Shown here one piece after another: positions 38,683-48,282 of a stretch of 48,283 nucleotides of DNA. Under the pieces are notes generated by a model. It was not told where the DNA came from. It searched no databases and saw only the letters and a list, made by a program, of their open reading frames with translations. Position 1 is the stretch's first letter, and each line of letters begins with the position of its first letter. Both the position numbers and the translations under genes were made by a program. Origin of the DNA: Urbifossiella sp. (lineage in GTDB: Bacteria; Planctomycetota; Planctomycetia; Gemmatales; Gemmataceae); the NCBI GenBank assembly GCA_035571955.1, contig DATNBQ010000600.1:1-48283 (forward strand), given 5' to 3'.

Positions 38683-38772
38683 TTTTCTCTGTTTCTCGGG
38701 CTGGTTTTTTCTGCGCGATCCGCGGCGAATTCTTCGATCTATGCAACCGACGGCGGCAATGGAAGATTGGAC

Positions 38773-41343
38773 ATGAGCATCGAACTGACCCAACCGTGGT
38801 ATCTCCTCGGCTTGCTGGCGTTGCCGGTGCTGGCGTGGTACTTCGTCCACGGCCTCATCGATTTCTCCCGCTGGCAGCGGATCGCTTCGGTTTCCATTCG
38901 CGCGGCAATCGTCGTGCTGCTCGTCGCGGCACTGTGCGGCCTCACCTGGCTCAAACCCGCCCAGGACCTGTACGTCGTCTTCGTGATCGATGACAGCCAG
39001 AGCGTCGGCGAAGAGGGACGCTCCGCGGCCGATCAGTTTCTCGATCGCGCTGCCTACTCGCCGGACAACAACAAACTGGCCTACGTGAGATTCGGCGCCG
39101 AACCGGGCGCCGTGGTCAACGACCGCCAGGCCACGATCGTCGCCAATCGCCAGGGCACGAACATCGCGGCCGCGCTGGAAGTGGCCCGGGCCGCGATTCC
39201 ACCGTCCCACGTGCCGCGGATCGTGCTTCTCAGCGACGGCAACCAGACTTCGAACGACGGCATGAGGGCCGCGCTGCGGATCGGAGCGCCGGTTTACACG
39301 GTGCCGCTACCGGTTTCCTCGGAGCCGGAAGTACAAGTCTCCGCGGTGACGGTGCCCGCCCAGGTTCGCGACGGCGAGCCGTTTTACGTCGAGGTTGCCA
39401 TTGATGCCAATCACGTCGACGAAGGCGACGTGGAAGTATTCCGCGGCGCTCATCTCGTGGTGGCGCAGAAGGTGAAGGTCAAGGCGGGATCGAACGTTTT
39501 CCGCTTCCGCCAACAGGTTTCTGGCGAACGCATGGCCGAGTACACCGCCCGAATCAAGGGGTTCAAGGACAAGTTGCTCGACAACAACGCCGCGAAGGGG
39601 CTTGTTTTTTCCAGCGGCAAACCGCGCGTGCTTCTCGTCGATACCGACATCAAGCAAGCCCGCTTCCTCGCTTCCGCACTCGAACAGGAAGGCATCAAAG
39701 TGGACATCCGCCCCGTCCAGGGGCTTCCGGATTCCATCTCCGATCTGCAGAACTACGAACTGCTCGTGCTCGCGAACGTCCCGGCAACATCCATGAGTAC
39801 GCGGCAAATGAACTACATCCGCAGCTACGTCCAGGATCTCGGCGGCGGCCTCATCATGATCGGCGGCGACCAGGCCTTCGGCCTCGGCGGCTACTACAAG
39901 ACCACCGTCGAGGAGATCCTCCCCGTTCGCAGCGACTTCGAGAAAGAGAAAGAGAAGCCGAGCCTCGCCATGATTCTGGTCATCGACAAATCCGGTTCGA
40001 TGGGCGGACAGAAGATCGAGATGGCGAAGGACGCGGCCAAGGCGGCCGTGGAACTGCTCGGGGCGAAGGACAAGGTCGGCGTCGTCGCTTTCGATGGAGA
40101 CCTGTTCTGGATTGCAGAAGTCCAGTCCGCCGCGAACAAGGCGCAAATCATCGACAAGATTTCGGGCATCGAGGCGGGCGGCGGCACCACCATGGGCCCG
40201 CCGATGGAAGCGGCTTACGAAGCATTGCAGAACACCGCCGCGAAGCTGAAACACGTCATCGTTCTGACCGACGGCGTCTCCGAACCCGCGGACTTCGAGG
40301 GCATCGCCCAAAACATGTCCCAGGCGAAGCAGACGTGCACGACAGTGGCGGTCGGCGACGATTGCGATTTCAAACTGCTGCAGGAGATCGCCCGCATCGG
40401 CAACGGCCGCTACTACCATGCCGAGGACCCGAGCAACGTGCCGCAGATCTTTGCCAAGGAAACCGTCACCGCCAGCAAGTCCGCCATCAACGAGCAGCCG
40501 TTCACGCCGATCGTCACGCGGCCATCGCAAGTGATCGCCGATATCAAGTTCGACGACGCTCCTTTTCTTCTCGGCTACGTCACGACGCGGCCGAAACCGA
40601 CCAGCGAATTGATCCTTTCCACGGAGAAGGGCGATCCGCTCTTGGCCTGGTGGCGGTACGGCCTCGGCATGACCGTGGCGTTCACTTCCGACGCCAAGAG
40701 TCGGTGGTCCGCCGAATGGCTCAGCTGGCCCGGCTACAGCAAATTCTGGGCGCAGACCGTGCGCCACGCCATGCGCAAGTCGGACGCCAAGGGAGTGTTC
40801 GTGCAGGTCGACCAGAAGGACGGCAAAGCCCGCGTGATGCTCGACGCAGTCGCGACGACCGGCAAGGACGCGGGCAAGTACCTCAACGAGGCCGCGGCGG
40901 AATTGACCGTGATCGCGCCCGGCGGCAGCGAACAGAAAGTCGCCATGACGCAGACCGCACCCGGCCGCTACGTCGGCGAATTCCCGTCCGCCGATCCCGG
41001 CACTTATCACGTCTCCATGACGCAACAGATGAAGGGTCAGCAAGCGACCCAGCAATCGCGCGGGCTCGTCGTGAACTACAACGAGGAACTCCGCATCCAC
41101 CCGTCCAACGAGGCGTGGCTCGAATCGATGGCCAAGGCAACGGGCGGCGTATATCGGCCGGAACCGGAGAGCGTGTTCGCCCCGGATGAGCGGACCACGT
41201 CGCGGCCAGTGCCGCTCTGGCCCTTCCTTCTGATGATCGCGGCCACCTTGTTCCTGGCGGACGTAGCCCTGCGGCGGATCGACTTCGACTTACTGCTCGG
41301 CCGCAGCAAGCCGCCGCTGAAGTTGATGACCGGGAAAATGTAA
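38773..41343 (+). CDS. Membrane-anchored double-vWA protein with a glutamine-amidotransferase-like (DUF1355-type) region
   Basis: N-terminal TM pair, VIDDSQSV...LLSDGNQT and VIDKSGSM...VLTDG MIDAS motifs, YVQDLGGGLIMIGGDQAFGLGGY, PLLAWWRYGLG..AFTSDAK.RW and a C-terminal TM. Confidence 0.88.
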   Translation: MSIELTQPWYLLGLLALPVLAWYFVHGLIDFSRWQRIASVSIRAAIVVLLVAALCGLTWLKPAQDLYVVFVIDDSQSVGEEGRSAADQFLDRAAYSPDNNKLAYVRFGAEPGAVVNDRQATIVANRQGTNIAAALEVARAAIPPSHVPRIVLLSDGNQTSNDGMRAALRIGAPVYTVPLPVSSEPEVQVSAVTVPAQVRDGEPFYVEVAIDANHVDEGDVEVFRGAHLVVAQKVKVKAGSNVFRFRQQVSGERMAEYTARIKGFKDKLLDNNAAKGLVFSSGKPRVLLVDTDIKQARFLASALEQEGIKVDIRPVQGLPDSISDLQNYELLVLANVPATSMSTRQMNYIRSYVQDLGGGLIMIGGDQAFGLGGYYKTTVEEILPVRSDFEKEKEKPSLAMILVIDKSGSMGGQKIEMAKDAAKAAVELLGAKDKVGVVAFDGDLFWIAEVQSAANKAQIIDKISGIEAGGGTTMGPPMEAAYEALQNTAAKLKHVIVLTDGVSEPADFEGIAQNMSQAKQTCTTVAVGDDCDFKLLQEIARIGNGRYYHAEDPSNVPQIFAKETVTASKSAINEQPFTPIVTRPSQVIADIKFDDAPFLLGYVTTRPKPTSELILSTEKGDPLLAWWRYGLGMTVAFTSDAKSRWSAEWLSWPGYSKFWAQTVRHAMRKSDAKGVFVQVDQKDGKARVMLDAVATTGKDAGKYLNEAAAELTVIAPGGSEQKVAMTQTAPGRYVGEFPSADPGTYHVSMTQQMKGQQATQQSRGLVVNYNEELRIHPSNEAWLESMAKATGGVYRPEPESVFAPDERTTSRPVPLWPFLLMIAATLFLADVALRRIDFDLLLGRSKPPLKLMTGKM

Positions 41344-41470
41344 TGCCGAGATTCCTGGAGAAAATCGGTATCGTTCCGGACGCGAAGAAAAAAGTTGGAA
41401 TTAGGGCAGACAAGTCGTCTGAACTATGGTACTGTGTCACGAAGTCGGTGATTCCCGAGGGGGTCGTACG

Positions 41471-42979
41471 ATGCGAGAGACGATTCATGCGGCTCTGAAA
41501 CCGGTGCGGAACCGCCTGCAAATCCAGTTCGCACTGCGGTGCGCATTCGTCGGCTTAATTGCCGGCGGAATCGCGGCCCTGGCCGTCGGCGCGGCCCGAC
41601 AGGCCTTCGCGCCCGATCTTTCCTGGCTGGTCGGCGCGGGGCTCCTCGCTGCCGGGCCGTTCGCGGGCGGATGCGTCGGCTTATTGCTCCGCCGCGACTG
41701 GCACGCCGCGGCAGCCGTCGTCGATGCCCACTATGGGCTCAAGGATCGCGCCGTGACGGCCCTCGCCTTCGCCGATGCCAACGCAGCCAGCGATCTCCAG
41801 GTCGTTCAGATGCACGATGCTCTGAATCACCTCGGCACCGTGGAACCGAAGGCCGTGGTGCCTCTCGGTGCCCCGCGGTCGTGGCGTCCGGCCCTGGCTG
41901 CAACTGCCGCGGCAATCGCCGTGCTGGCCTGGCCGCTCGCTCTGCCGGACGCACAGGCGGGGCCTGCCCCGGTCCCCGAGCACATCGCCGCCGTCGCCGC
42001 CGACCAGCAGCAGAAAATCGCCCTGGCCACCAAGGCGTTGTCCGAGACCATCCAGGACATCGACGACGATCAAGCCAAGGAAGATCAGAAAGCCGCCCAG
42101 GAACTTAAGGACAAACTTGCCAAGAAGACGGAAGAAGTGACGCAGGACGGCACGGACGAAAAGGAAGCCCTCGCCAAGTTGTCCGAGATGATGGCGGCGT
42201 GGCAGGCATTCGCCAACGAGTTGAACGTCGCGGCGTTGGAGGGCCAGATGTCCTCACTCGGCACGGCCCTCGCCGCGTCGCAGGCATTCGAGGGCGCCGG
42301 CAAGGCTCTGATGGAAGGCAAATTGGAGAAGGCCGCCAAGGAACTCGAGAAACTCGACGAAGTGAAACTGACGCCGAAGGAAGAGAAGGCACTGGAGGAG
42401 AAGTTGAAGCAGTTGGCGAAGCAGATGGGCGATGCGGGGCAGGGTTCGCTCGGCGACGCCGTCTCGGAACTCGCGGATTCCTTGAAGGGCGGCAAGGGGA
42501 AGATCGGTAACGCCAGCCGCAAGCTCGCGAAGAAGATTAATAACGCCGTGAAGCGCCGCAAGGCCGCCGACCTGGCATTCGCCCAGATCGAGGAACTGAA
42601 AGACGCGAAGTGCCAGTGCCAAAACAACGGCGGCGCCCGCATCAAACAGCCGAGCAAGTCGAACAGTCCGTCCAGTAACTGGGGCCGCGCCATCAGCGGC
42701 AACACGGACGGCGAACGGACGAAACTCGGCGGCAAGCGGAACGAGGTGCAGGTCAGCGGCACGCCAGGCGCCGAGGGCGATTCCGAAATCGAAACCACGG
42801 CAACGCCGGAAGCCCGCGAACGTGCCTCGCGCGAATACAAGGAACGCTACGAGAAGTTCAAGAAAGCCTCCGAAACCGTGATCGATGCGGAACCGATTCC
42901 GTTAGGTTTCCGCCAGATGGTCAAGAGGTATTTCGAAACGATTCGCCCGTCGGGCACCGACCCGGTCGAGAAGAAATAA
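41471..42979 (+). CDS. Membrane-anchored coiled-coil protein of MoxR/vWA operons
   Basis: Start at ATG 41471 (GAGGGG upstream). TMs, AAAVVDAHYGLKDRAVTALAF, a long E/K/A heptad region, CQCQ, and C-terminal IPLGFRQMVKRYFETIRP. Confidence 0.82.
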   Translation: MRETIHAALKPVRNRLQIQFALRCAFVGLIAGGIAALAVGAARQAFAPDLSWLVGAGLLAAGPFAGGCVGLLLRRDWHAAAAVVDAHYGLKDRAVTALAFADANAASDLQVVQMHDALNHLGTVEPKAVVPLGAPRSWRPALAATAAAIAVLAWPLALPDAQAGPAPVPEHIAAVAADQQQKIALATKALSETIQDIDDDQAKEDQKAAQELKDKLAKKTEEVTQDGTDEKEALAKLSEMMAAWQAFANELNVAALEGQMSSLGTALAASQAFEGAGKALMEGKLEKAAKELEKLDEVKLTPKEEKALEEKLKQLAKQMGDAGQGSLGDAVSELADSLKGGKGKIGNASRKLAKKINNAVKRRKAADLAFAQIEELKDAKCQCQNNGGARIKQPSKSNSPSSNWGRAISGNTDGERTKLGGKRNEVQVSGTPGAEGDSEIETTATPEARERASREYKERYEKFKKASETVIDAEPIPLGFRQMVKRYFETIRPSGTDPVEKK

Positions 42980-43124
42980 TTCATTTCACGACTCGACTTC
43001 CGATCCCACGAGCCGGTTGCCGCGGGATCGGTTCATTTGCGAATCTGTTAGAAGCCCCTGTTTTCGGTAGTCGGCTTCTCGCAGGGCCTTGACGCGGTCC
43101 AGTTGCTCGTGGGTCCGGCCGACG

Positions 43125-43287
43125 GAGGTCATGCATTGCGAAGTGGCAGCCTTGCCAGAAGCCGATCGAGAGGCCTTCGTGCTTTTCGTTCTGAGAGGTC
43201 CGACCCTGGAAGAGGTTTCGGAACGGCTCGGACGAACGCCCGGCGCTATCGCTGACCATCTGCGTACGCCAAGAAAGTGCCGGGTAG
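43125..43287 (+). pseudogene. Degraded ECF sigma factor region 4 fragment
   Basis: EVMHCEVAALPEADREAFVLFVLRGPTLEEVSERLGRTPGAIADHLRTPRK fits the sigma70 r4 HTH pattern (L..LP...R....L....G....E.A..LG..PG.....L). No region 2 is present upstream. Confidence 0.6.
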
Positions 43288-44193
43288 CCGGCTCTCAAGT
43301 GGACGTTCACAACCGAAAGAAGCTGGTCGTCAGTTTTAACAAGCGACCTCCACGTCAGCAGTCCTTTCTCTACTGCGGTTGGGGCGGCGCAAACGCGCGC
43401 AGACGATCCCCACCATTGGTCGAAGTTCCCCTTGAGCAACGACTCGTCATGAGGCAACTTCATCTCTGTTCGGAGTGAGCGAATCAGCTTCCAAGCGTCT
43501 GCTTCTCCGGAACGGTCCACTGGAATAGTACGATGGGAGTGTCTTTGACCGCGCCACTTTCAACGCCGATCAACAATTCACCTTCGGCCTTTTCCAATGT
43601 CTTCACTTGAAACCCAGGCGTAACGCCGGGAACACGCGAGCGAGCCAGTCTTTCAGGAAAAGCGCGACTGAATGGCTTGTGGGACCGGACCAAGTGAGAA
43701 GGGGTCCATTCCACTCCCCGTGAAGTGCATTAGGGGTGCAACCAAGACATGCCACTCTCGCTAGGCCAGACCGCCTCGCCCCGCCACACTCAGTGGGGGC
43801 TGCGTGCTCTCGTTCGCGATCCAGATGGTCGGGCAGTTGAGTTACTGCAGGGCGAACGAACAGAAGCATCCTGCGCGCGAGCCTGAGCCTCTGGCGACTT
43901 TCTGGCGCCCATTCTCCGACGCTAGCACGATGCATAGCTTCGGTTGAACGAAAGCCACGGAGCGGAATCTTATGGGGATTCAATCGCTTCGACGGTCACT
44001 CCCAGCAAGTGTAACGCCTTCGGCACTCACAACGCAAACGACAATCCGATCCATTCGTGCCCGGTTGCAGCGGAGGCATCAGAACAGTCGCCGCCGGGTT
44101 GGTTTGCATGGCGTCGCAACCTATTCCAGTCGCCGGCGCGGACGCGAGTTGTGGACGGGCCTGTAAATCACCGGTCCCGCCGTTCCCGAAGGA

Positions 44194-44227
44194 GTGAACC
44201 TGGAGGTTCCGGGACACCTCGGTTCAC
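44194..44227. other. Short hairpin overlapping the A2M stop codon
   Basis: GTGAACC-TG-GAGGT-N8-ACCTC-GGTTCAC. There is no U-tract, so it is not a canonical intrinsic terminator. Confidence 0.3.
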
Positions 44228-47200
44228 CTTGCTTTGTTGTCCTGGAACGGTGCGATCTTGACGGAGAGTGGTTCGACCCAGTGTTTGTGGTCGGCATCGT
44301 AGTAGAGGTAAGCTCGACTTGCCGGGCCGCGGTAGCTGCCGGGAACCTCGCACGTCAAGTCGATGGTGAGCGCGATCTTCTGCTCCGGGGCCAGTTCGCG
44401 CCAGTAGAGAACCAGTTCCCGGCCGCGGATCTCGAAGAAGCTGATCCGCTCGTGCTCGCGCAGTTCGGTCAGTTGCTTCAGGTCGGTGGGAACCTTCATG
44501 CCGGCCGGAATCCCGACGATGGCCACCGCCATTCCCTGCCCTTGCTTCTGGCGATTTTCGAGCGTCACGGCGAGAGGAACAGTCTCGCTTTCGCGGGCCT
44601 CGGTCTTGCCGAGTTTCGTCGCGAGCCGCACGGCGCACCCCGGCGCGCTCAGCGGCATCAGCGTCGTGTAGGTATAAGTCAGTGCGAATGGATAGGCCTG
44701 CTTCGCGTCGGTCGCAATTTCGGCCTCGGTTCGTTCACCCGGGTTGAAGATCGCCTCCGGATTCGGAACGTCGAGGCCGATCACTTCCAGGTCGTGCTCC
44801 GTGAACTTCCGTCCGGCCACGACCTTGCCGCCGACCCGGACTCGAAGGGCGCCGCTTTCGGCGGGGTGCACCGATTTCTTCGCGTGAATAATCAACGCCT
44901 TCAGCGCCATGACGGTCGATTGCGTCGAGCCGAATCCACCGTAGCCGCCGCGCTGCTGGCTGATCCAGCGCGTGGCTTCCTTCACGGCGGGGGCGTACTT
45001 CGGATCGTTGGCACGCATCCATCCGAGGAGTGCCAGCGCGGTCGTTTCAATCTGAAGGTCGCGGCCGCCGGATCGCGTGATGCTCGTGACGGCGCCGGTT
45101 ACGGCGCCGTCTTTCATGCGTTCTTCCTGCAGCCGGTCGAGGAGTTTATGGGCGGTCTCGCGGTCGCCGCGCAGCAGCAGGATATTGGCGGTGAGCGCCA
45201 CGAAGTAGGAATCCCGGCCGCCGACGGAGTTCGCGTCCAGCGCTTCGGCCTTGAGCGCCGCGATCTCCTTCGCCAGGTCGAGTCTCTCGGCGTCGTCCGG
45301 ATCGCTTTCGACGAGTGCCCAGACGATGTAGGCGTCCGTCGTGGATTTCGGTGCGGCGCCGAACTTGTCGAGCGCCCGCGCATTGCGTTGGAAGCCGCCG
45401 GCGCCGTCCTTCCGGGAAAGAAGGAACGTCTGCGTTCGCTTGATGAGGTCGGGATCGACGGGGTGAACGCGGGCCATGTCCTTGAACTGGAGCAGGCCAT
45501 ACGCGGTGAGCGCCTCGTGCTGGCGATCGGCGGCGCCGAACCACTCGAACCCCTGCTTCATGCGCCGCGGCGTATCCGGGCACTCGAACGACACGAGTTT
45601 CGAGTAGCCGCGATCGAGCATCACGCGGGCTCGCTTGCTCGCCTCGGGGTTCGCCTGCTTCGATTCGTTCAAGTAATCGAGGATCAGCGTGTTGGGATAG
45701 TTCGAACTGGAGGTTTGCTCGAAGCAACCGCCAGGCTCGCGGAGCAAGCCTTCGAGCCCCTTCACGAGGTCGGCCATCGACGTGGGATACATTTCGAGGC
45801 GCACGCGGAGCGAACCGGGCACGAGTCCCCTGGGCAGCGCGACGCTGCCGCGAGCGCGGCCCTGGAGCGTATCGCTGAAGGAGCCGACACCGGGGAAGCC
45901 ATCCGGCACGATGGTTATGGTTCGAGCGATCGTGTCGTTGTCCGCGGCGCTCGAGATGCCGGTGACGAGCACGCTGGCATCGCCCCGGAGCTTGTCGGGC
46001 CTCAGGCGAACAATCCGCCGCCCTTTGCCGTTCGCCCCGAGTTCGAATGGCGCCTGCGCACCGCCGGCGTTCTTGAGGCCATTGAGCGCGAAGGTGAAGG
46101 CCACGGAGCGGCGAGCGTCGCTGTCGTTGGTGATCCGGATGGGCATGTCGATCACGTCGGTGTGCGAGATTTCGAGTGGCAACTTCGGATCGAGGCTGAG
46201 CGGTTTTCGCGCCTCGATGGTCTTCGTGACGGCGCCGATGCGGCCATCGGTGGTGTGGCCGGCGACCAGCACCTGGTAGCGAGCGACATCGTCGGCAAGC
46301 TGGAACTCGACGGTCGCCTTGCCGTTCTGGGGGACAACGAGGGCCGGGTGCCAGTAGACGGTTTCGGTGAAGTCGGCGCGAATGGCGCCGAGCCGGGGAT
46401 CGCGCTGGTGGGCGTATTCGCGGACGATGAACGGATAAGTAGGTCGGCCTCCTGCGGGTCCGAATCCGCCGCCCATCATGCCATTCATGCCGCCCATTCC
46501 CATCATTCCGCCACCCATCATTCCCATTCCGCCCATTCCCATCATTCCTCCGCCCATCATTCCTCCGCCCATCATTCCGTTCAGTCCCATGCCGCCCATT
46601 CCCATGCCGCCCATTCCCATGCCGCCCATGCCGCCCATGCCTCCCGCCATACCCATCATGCCGCCGCGCATTCCCATCATGCCCTGCTGAGGCCGCTGGG
46701 CAAACTCGAGGGCAGCCTTCTGCATTCGCAGCTTGGCTTCATTGAGCAAAGCCAGTTGCTCGATGGGCTTGAAGGAATTGGCGTCTTCGCTTGGGTCAGG
46801 GGATGGTGCAACGCGCGGCGGCGAAGCCGGTAAAGTAGCGATCGGCTTCTCCGGAGGCTTTCCGCCCGCATCAATAGGAAGTGGTTCTGCCGGAGCTAAC
46901 GCGTTTGCCGCCGCGGCCTTCTCTCGATTCGAGACTTCCATCGCCGCCCGAGGACTGTCATTCTTTTGGGTGGTTGTAGCAACCATCAGGATGAGGCCGC
47001 ACAGGATCGCGGAAACCGTGCCCGCGACGTAAGGACGGCGTCGTCCGACGGGTTTCAGCGCCATCGCGGCCAGTGCCCCCATGCAGAGGCCATATAGAAC
47101 GACCAGGATGAGCACGACAACCAGGCCGGTTCCCAGCCCCGAGCGGAGTTTGTCCAGCCACGACTCGAATCGGGTCAATGCCTCGGCGGCCTGCCTTCTC

Positions 47201-48282
47201 TCGAACTGCGCGTCGGCAAGCGCCTCGGTCGCCGAGGAAACCCGCTCCGCCAATGGCGCGGCTGCCTTGGAGGCTGCAAACTCCGCGGTCGCGACTCGCA
47301 ATTGCGCCTGCTCCAACTGGGGCTGGAACTCCGCGGTCACGCGCTGTTCTTCCAGCTTGAAGAGTTCGAGCGGGGCCGTCGTCTGTTGACCGTGCGCCAC
47401 TAGCATCTGGGCAACGTCGGACTTGTCGGCAGGGTTAGCCGGGGGCCGGTTTTGTTCGGCGAATCGCCGCCAACCCTGGGTCGCGAGAAGGAGATCGAGG
47501 GCGGCGGCGGCCTTGGGATGATCCGTCAGCAGGAAATCGGCGTGCTCCAGTTCGGCCGGATGCTTCACGTCCCCGGACAGGAGGAAGTGCGTCGGCATTA
47601 ACCGATCGGCCTTGTTGTCGGCCATCGCGATGACGCTGCGATTGACGACGCCGACGAGCAGGACGGCCGGTGTCGCCGCCTGCTTCTCGTTGGCCGCGGA
47701 GAGTTCGAGCCGAACCTTGCCGCCGGGCAGGTAGCGCACTTTGTCCGGGTGGACGTTCAGCGTCAGTTGCCTGGCCGGCGCGCGGTAAATGAGCCGCTCG
47801 GCCCGCGGAATCAGCGCCGCGCGACTGGGTCCTTCAGCTTGCGGCTCCTCGAATACCGTGAGTCGCGCGACGCCGCCCGCCTCGTCGTCGCCGGTGAGCG
47901 AAAGATCGACGGGTTTGCCCGCCTCGATGCGGAGCCGCTGATGGCTGATCAGCCGGCCGCGGGAATAAGCCCCAACGTGCAGCGTCTTCGGTCCGTGGTT
48001 CACTTGCAGGCGGACGCGAATCGGTGCGCCCGCGGCGGTGACGGCATCGAGCGATTCGAGGGCAACGCCGTCGGCAATCGCGATCGGCAACGGGAAGCCG
48101 TCCGGAGTGGGGGCAATAATGCCGCTCGGAAAAGCGATCTTGAGGAAGTACCGTTTGTTAGCACTCGGCGTGATCGTGAATGCGCCGTGGCCGCGATTGA
48201 CGCCCGGGTTCTCGGCATCCGTTGCCGTGGCGACATCGACCAGTTTTGTCGTGCCGTCGGTGATGGCGCCCTGGAGGTCGGC
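44224..48282 (-). CDS. Alpha-2-macroglobulin/thioester-family protein (5' partial, runs off window end)
   Basis: The frame stays open to the window end. PRAERLIYR, LLLATQGWRRF, RADFTETVYWHP, thioester REPGGCFEQTSS (CFEQ at 45715-45726), IETTALALL, GGFGSTQSTVMALKAL and C-terminal GPASRAYLYY. Confidence 0.92.
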   Translation of the reverse strand, partial: ADLQGAITDGTTKLVDVATATDAENPGVNRGHGAFTITPSANKRYFLKIAFPSGIIAPTPDGFPLPIAIADGVALESLDAVTAAGAPIRVRLQVNHGPKTLHVGAYSRGRLISHQRLRIEAGKPVDLSLTGDDEAGGVARLTVFEEPQAEGPSRAALIPRAERLIYRAPARQLTLNVHPDKVRYLPGGKVRLELSAANEKQAATPAVLLVGVVNRSVIAMADNKADRLMPTHFLLSGDVKHPAELEHADFLLTDHPKAAAALDLLLATQGWRRFAEQNRPPANPADKSDVAQMLVAHGQQTTAPLELFKLEEQRVTAEFQPQLEQAQLRVATAEFAASKAAAPLAERVSSATEALADAQFERRQAAEALTRFESWLDKLRSGLGTGLVVVLILVVLYGLCMGALAAMALKPVGRRRPYVAGTVSAILCGLILMVATTTQKNDSPRAAMEVSNREKAAAANALAPAEPLPIDAGGKPPEKPIATLPASPPRVAPSPDPSEDANSFKPIEQLALLNEAKLRMQKAALEFAQRPQQGMMGMRGGMMGMAGGMGGMGGMGMGGMGMGGMGLNGMMGGGMMGGGMMGMGGMGMMGGGMMGMGGMNGMMGGGFGPAGGRPTYPFIVREYAHQRDPRLGAIRADFTETVYWHPALVVPQNGKATVEFQLADDVARYQVLVAGHTTDGRIGAVTKTIEARKPLSLDPKLPLEISHTDVIDMPIRITNDSDARRSVAFTFALNGLKNAGGAQAPFELGANGKGRRIVRLRPDKLRGDASVLVTGISSAADNDTIARTITIVPDGFPGVGSFSDTLQGRARGSVALPRGLVPGSLRVRLEMYPTSMADLVKGLEGLLREPGGCFEQTSSSNYPNTLILDYLNESKQANPEASKRARVMLDRGYSKLVSFECPDTPRRMKQGFEWFGAADRQHEALTAYGLLQFKDMARVHPVDPDLIKRTQTFLLSRKDGAGGFQRNARALDKFGAAPKSTTDAYIVWALVESDPDDAERLDLAKEIAALKAEALDANSVGGRDSYFVALTANILLLRGDRETAHKLLDRLQEERMKDGAVTGAVTSITRSGGRDLQIETTALALLGWMRANDPKYAPAVKEATRWISQQRGGYGGFGSTQSTVMALKALIIHAKKSVHPAESGALRVRVGGKVVAGRKFTEHDLEVIGLDVPNPEAIFNPGERTEAEIATDAKQAYPFALTYTYTTLMPLSAPGCAVRLATKLGKTEARESETVPLAVTLENRQKQGQGMAVAIVGIPAGMKVPTDLKQLTELREHERISFFEIRGRELVLYWRELAPEQKIALTIDLTCEVPGSYRGPASRAYLYYDADHKHWVEPLSVKIAPFQDNKAR
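46465..46683 (-). repeat. Coding Gly/Met low-complexity repeat (about 73 aa) within the A2M
   Basis: GMMGMRGGMMGMAGGMGGMGG...MNGMMGGG. The DNA consists of CCCAT/CCGCC/CATCAT microrepeats. Confidence 0.95.

Noticed and set aside
43700-44190. Possible structured ncRNA or riboswitch
   Set aside because: Only short stems are visible (e.g. TCGTTCGC...GCGAACGA), and I recognise no conserved RNA family motif. An Infernal/Rfam search would be needed.
44194-46833. 879-aa + strand ORF containing a His/Ala/Ser-rich tract, and the MPPIP ORF at 46478-46690
   Set aside because: Both are antisense translations of the A2M gene and its Gly/Met repeat.
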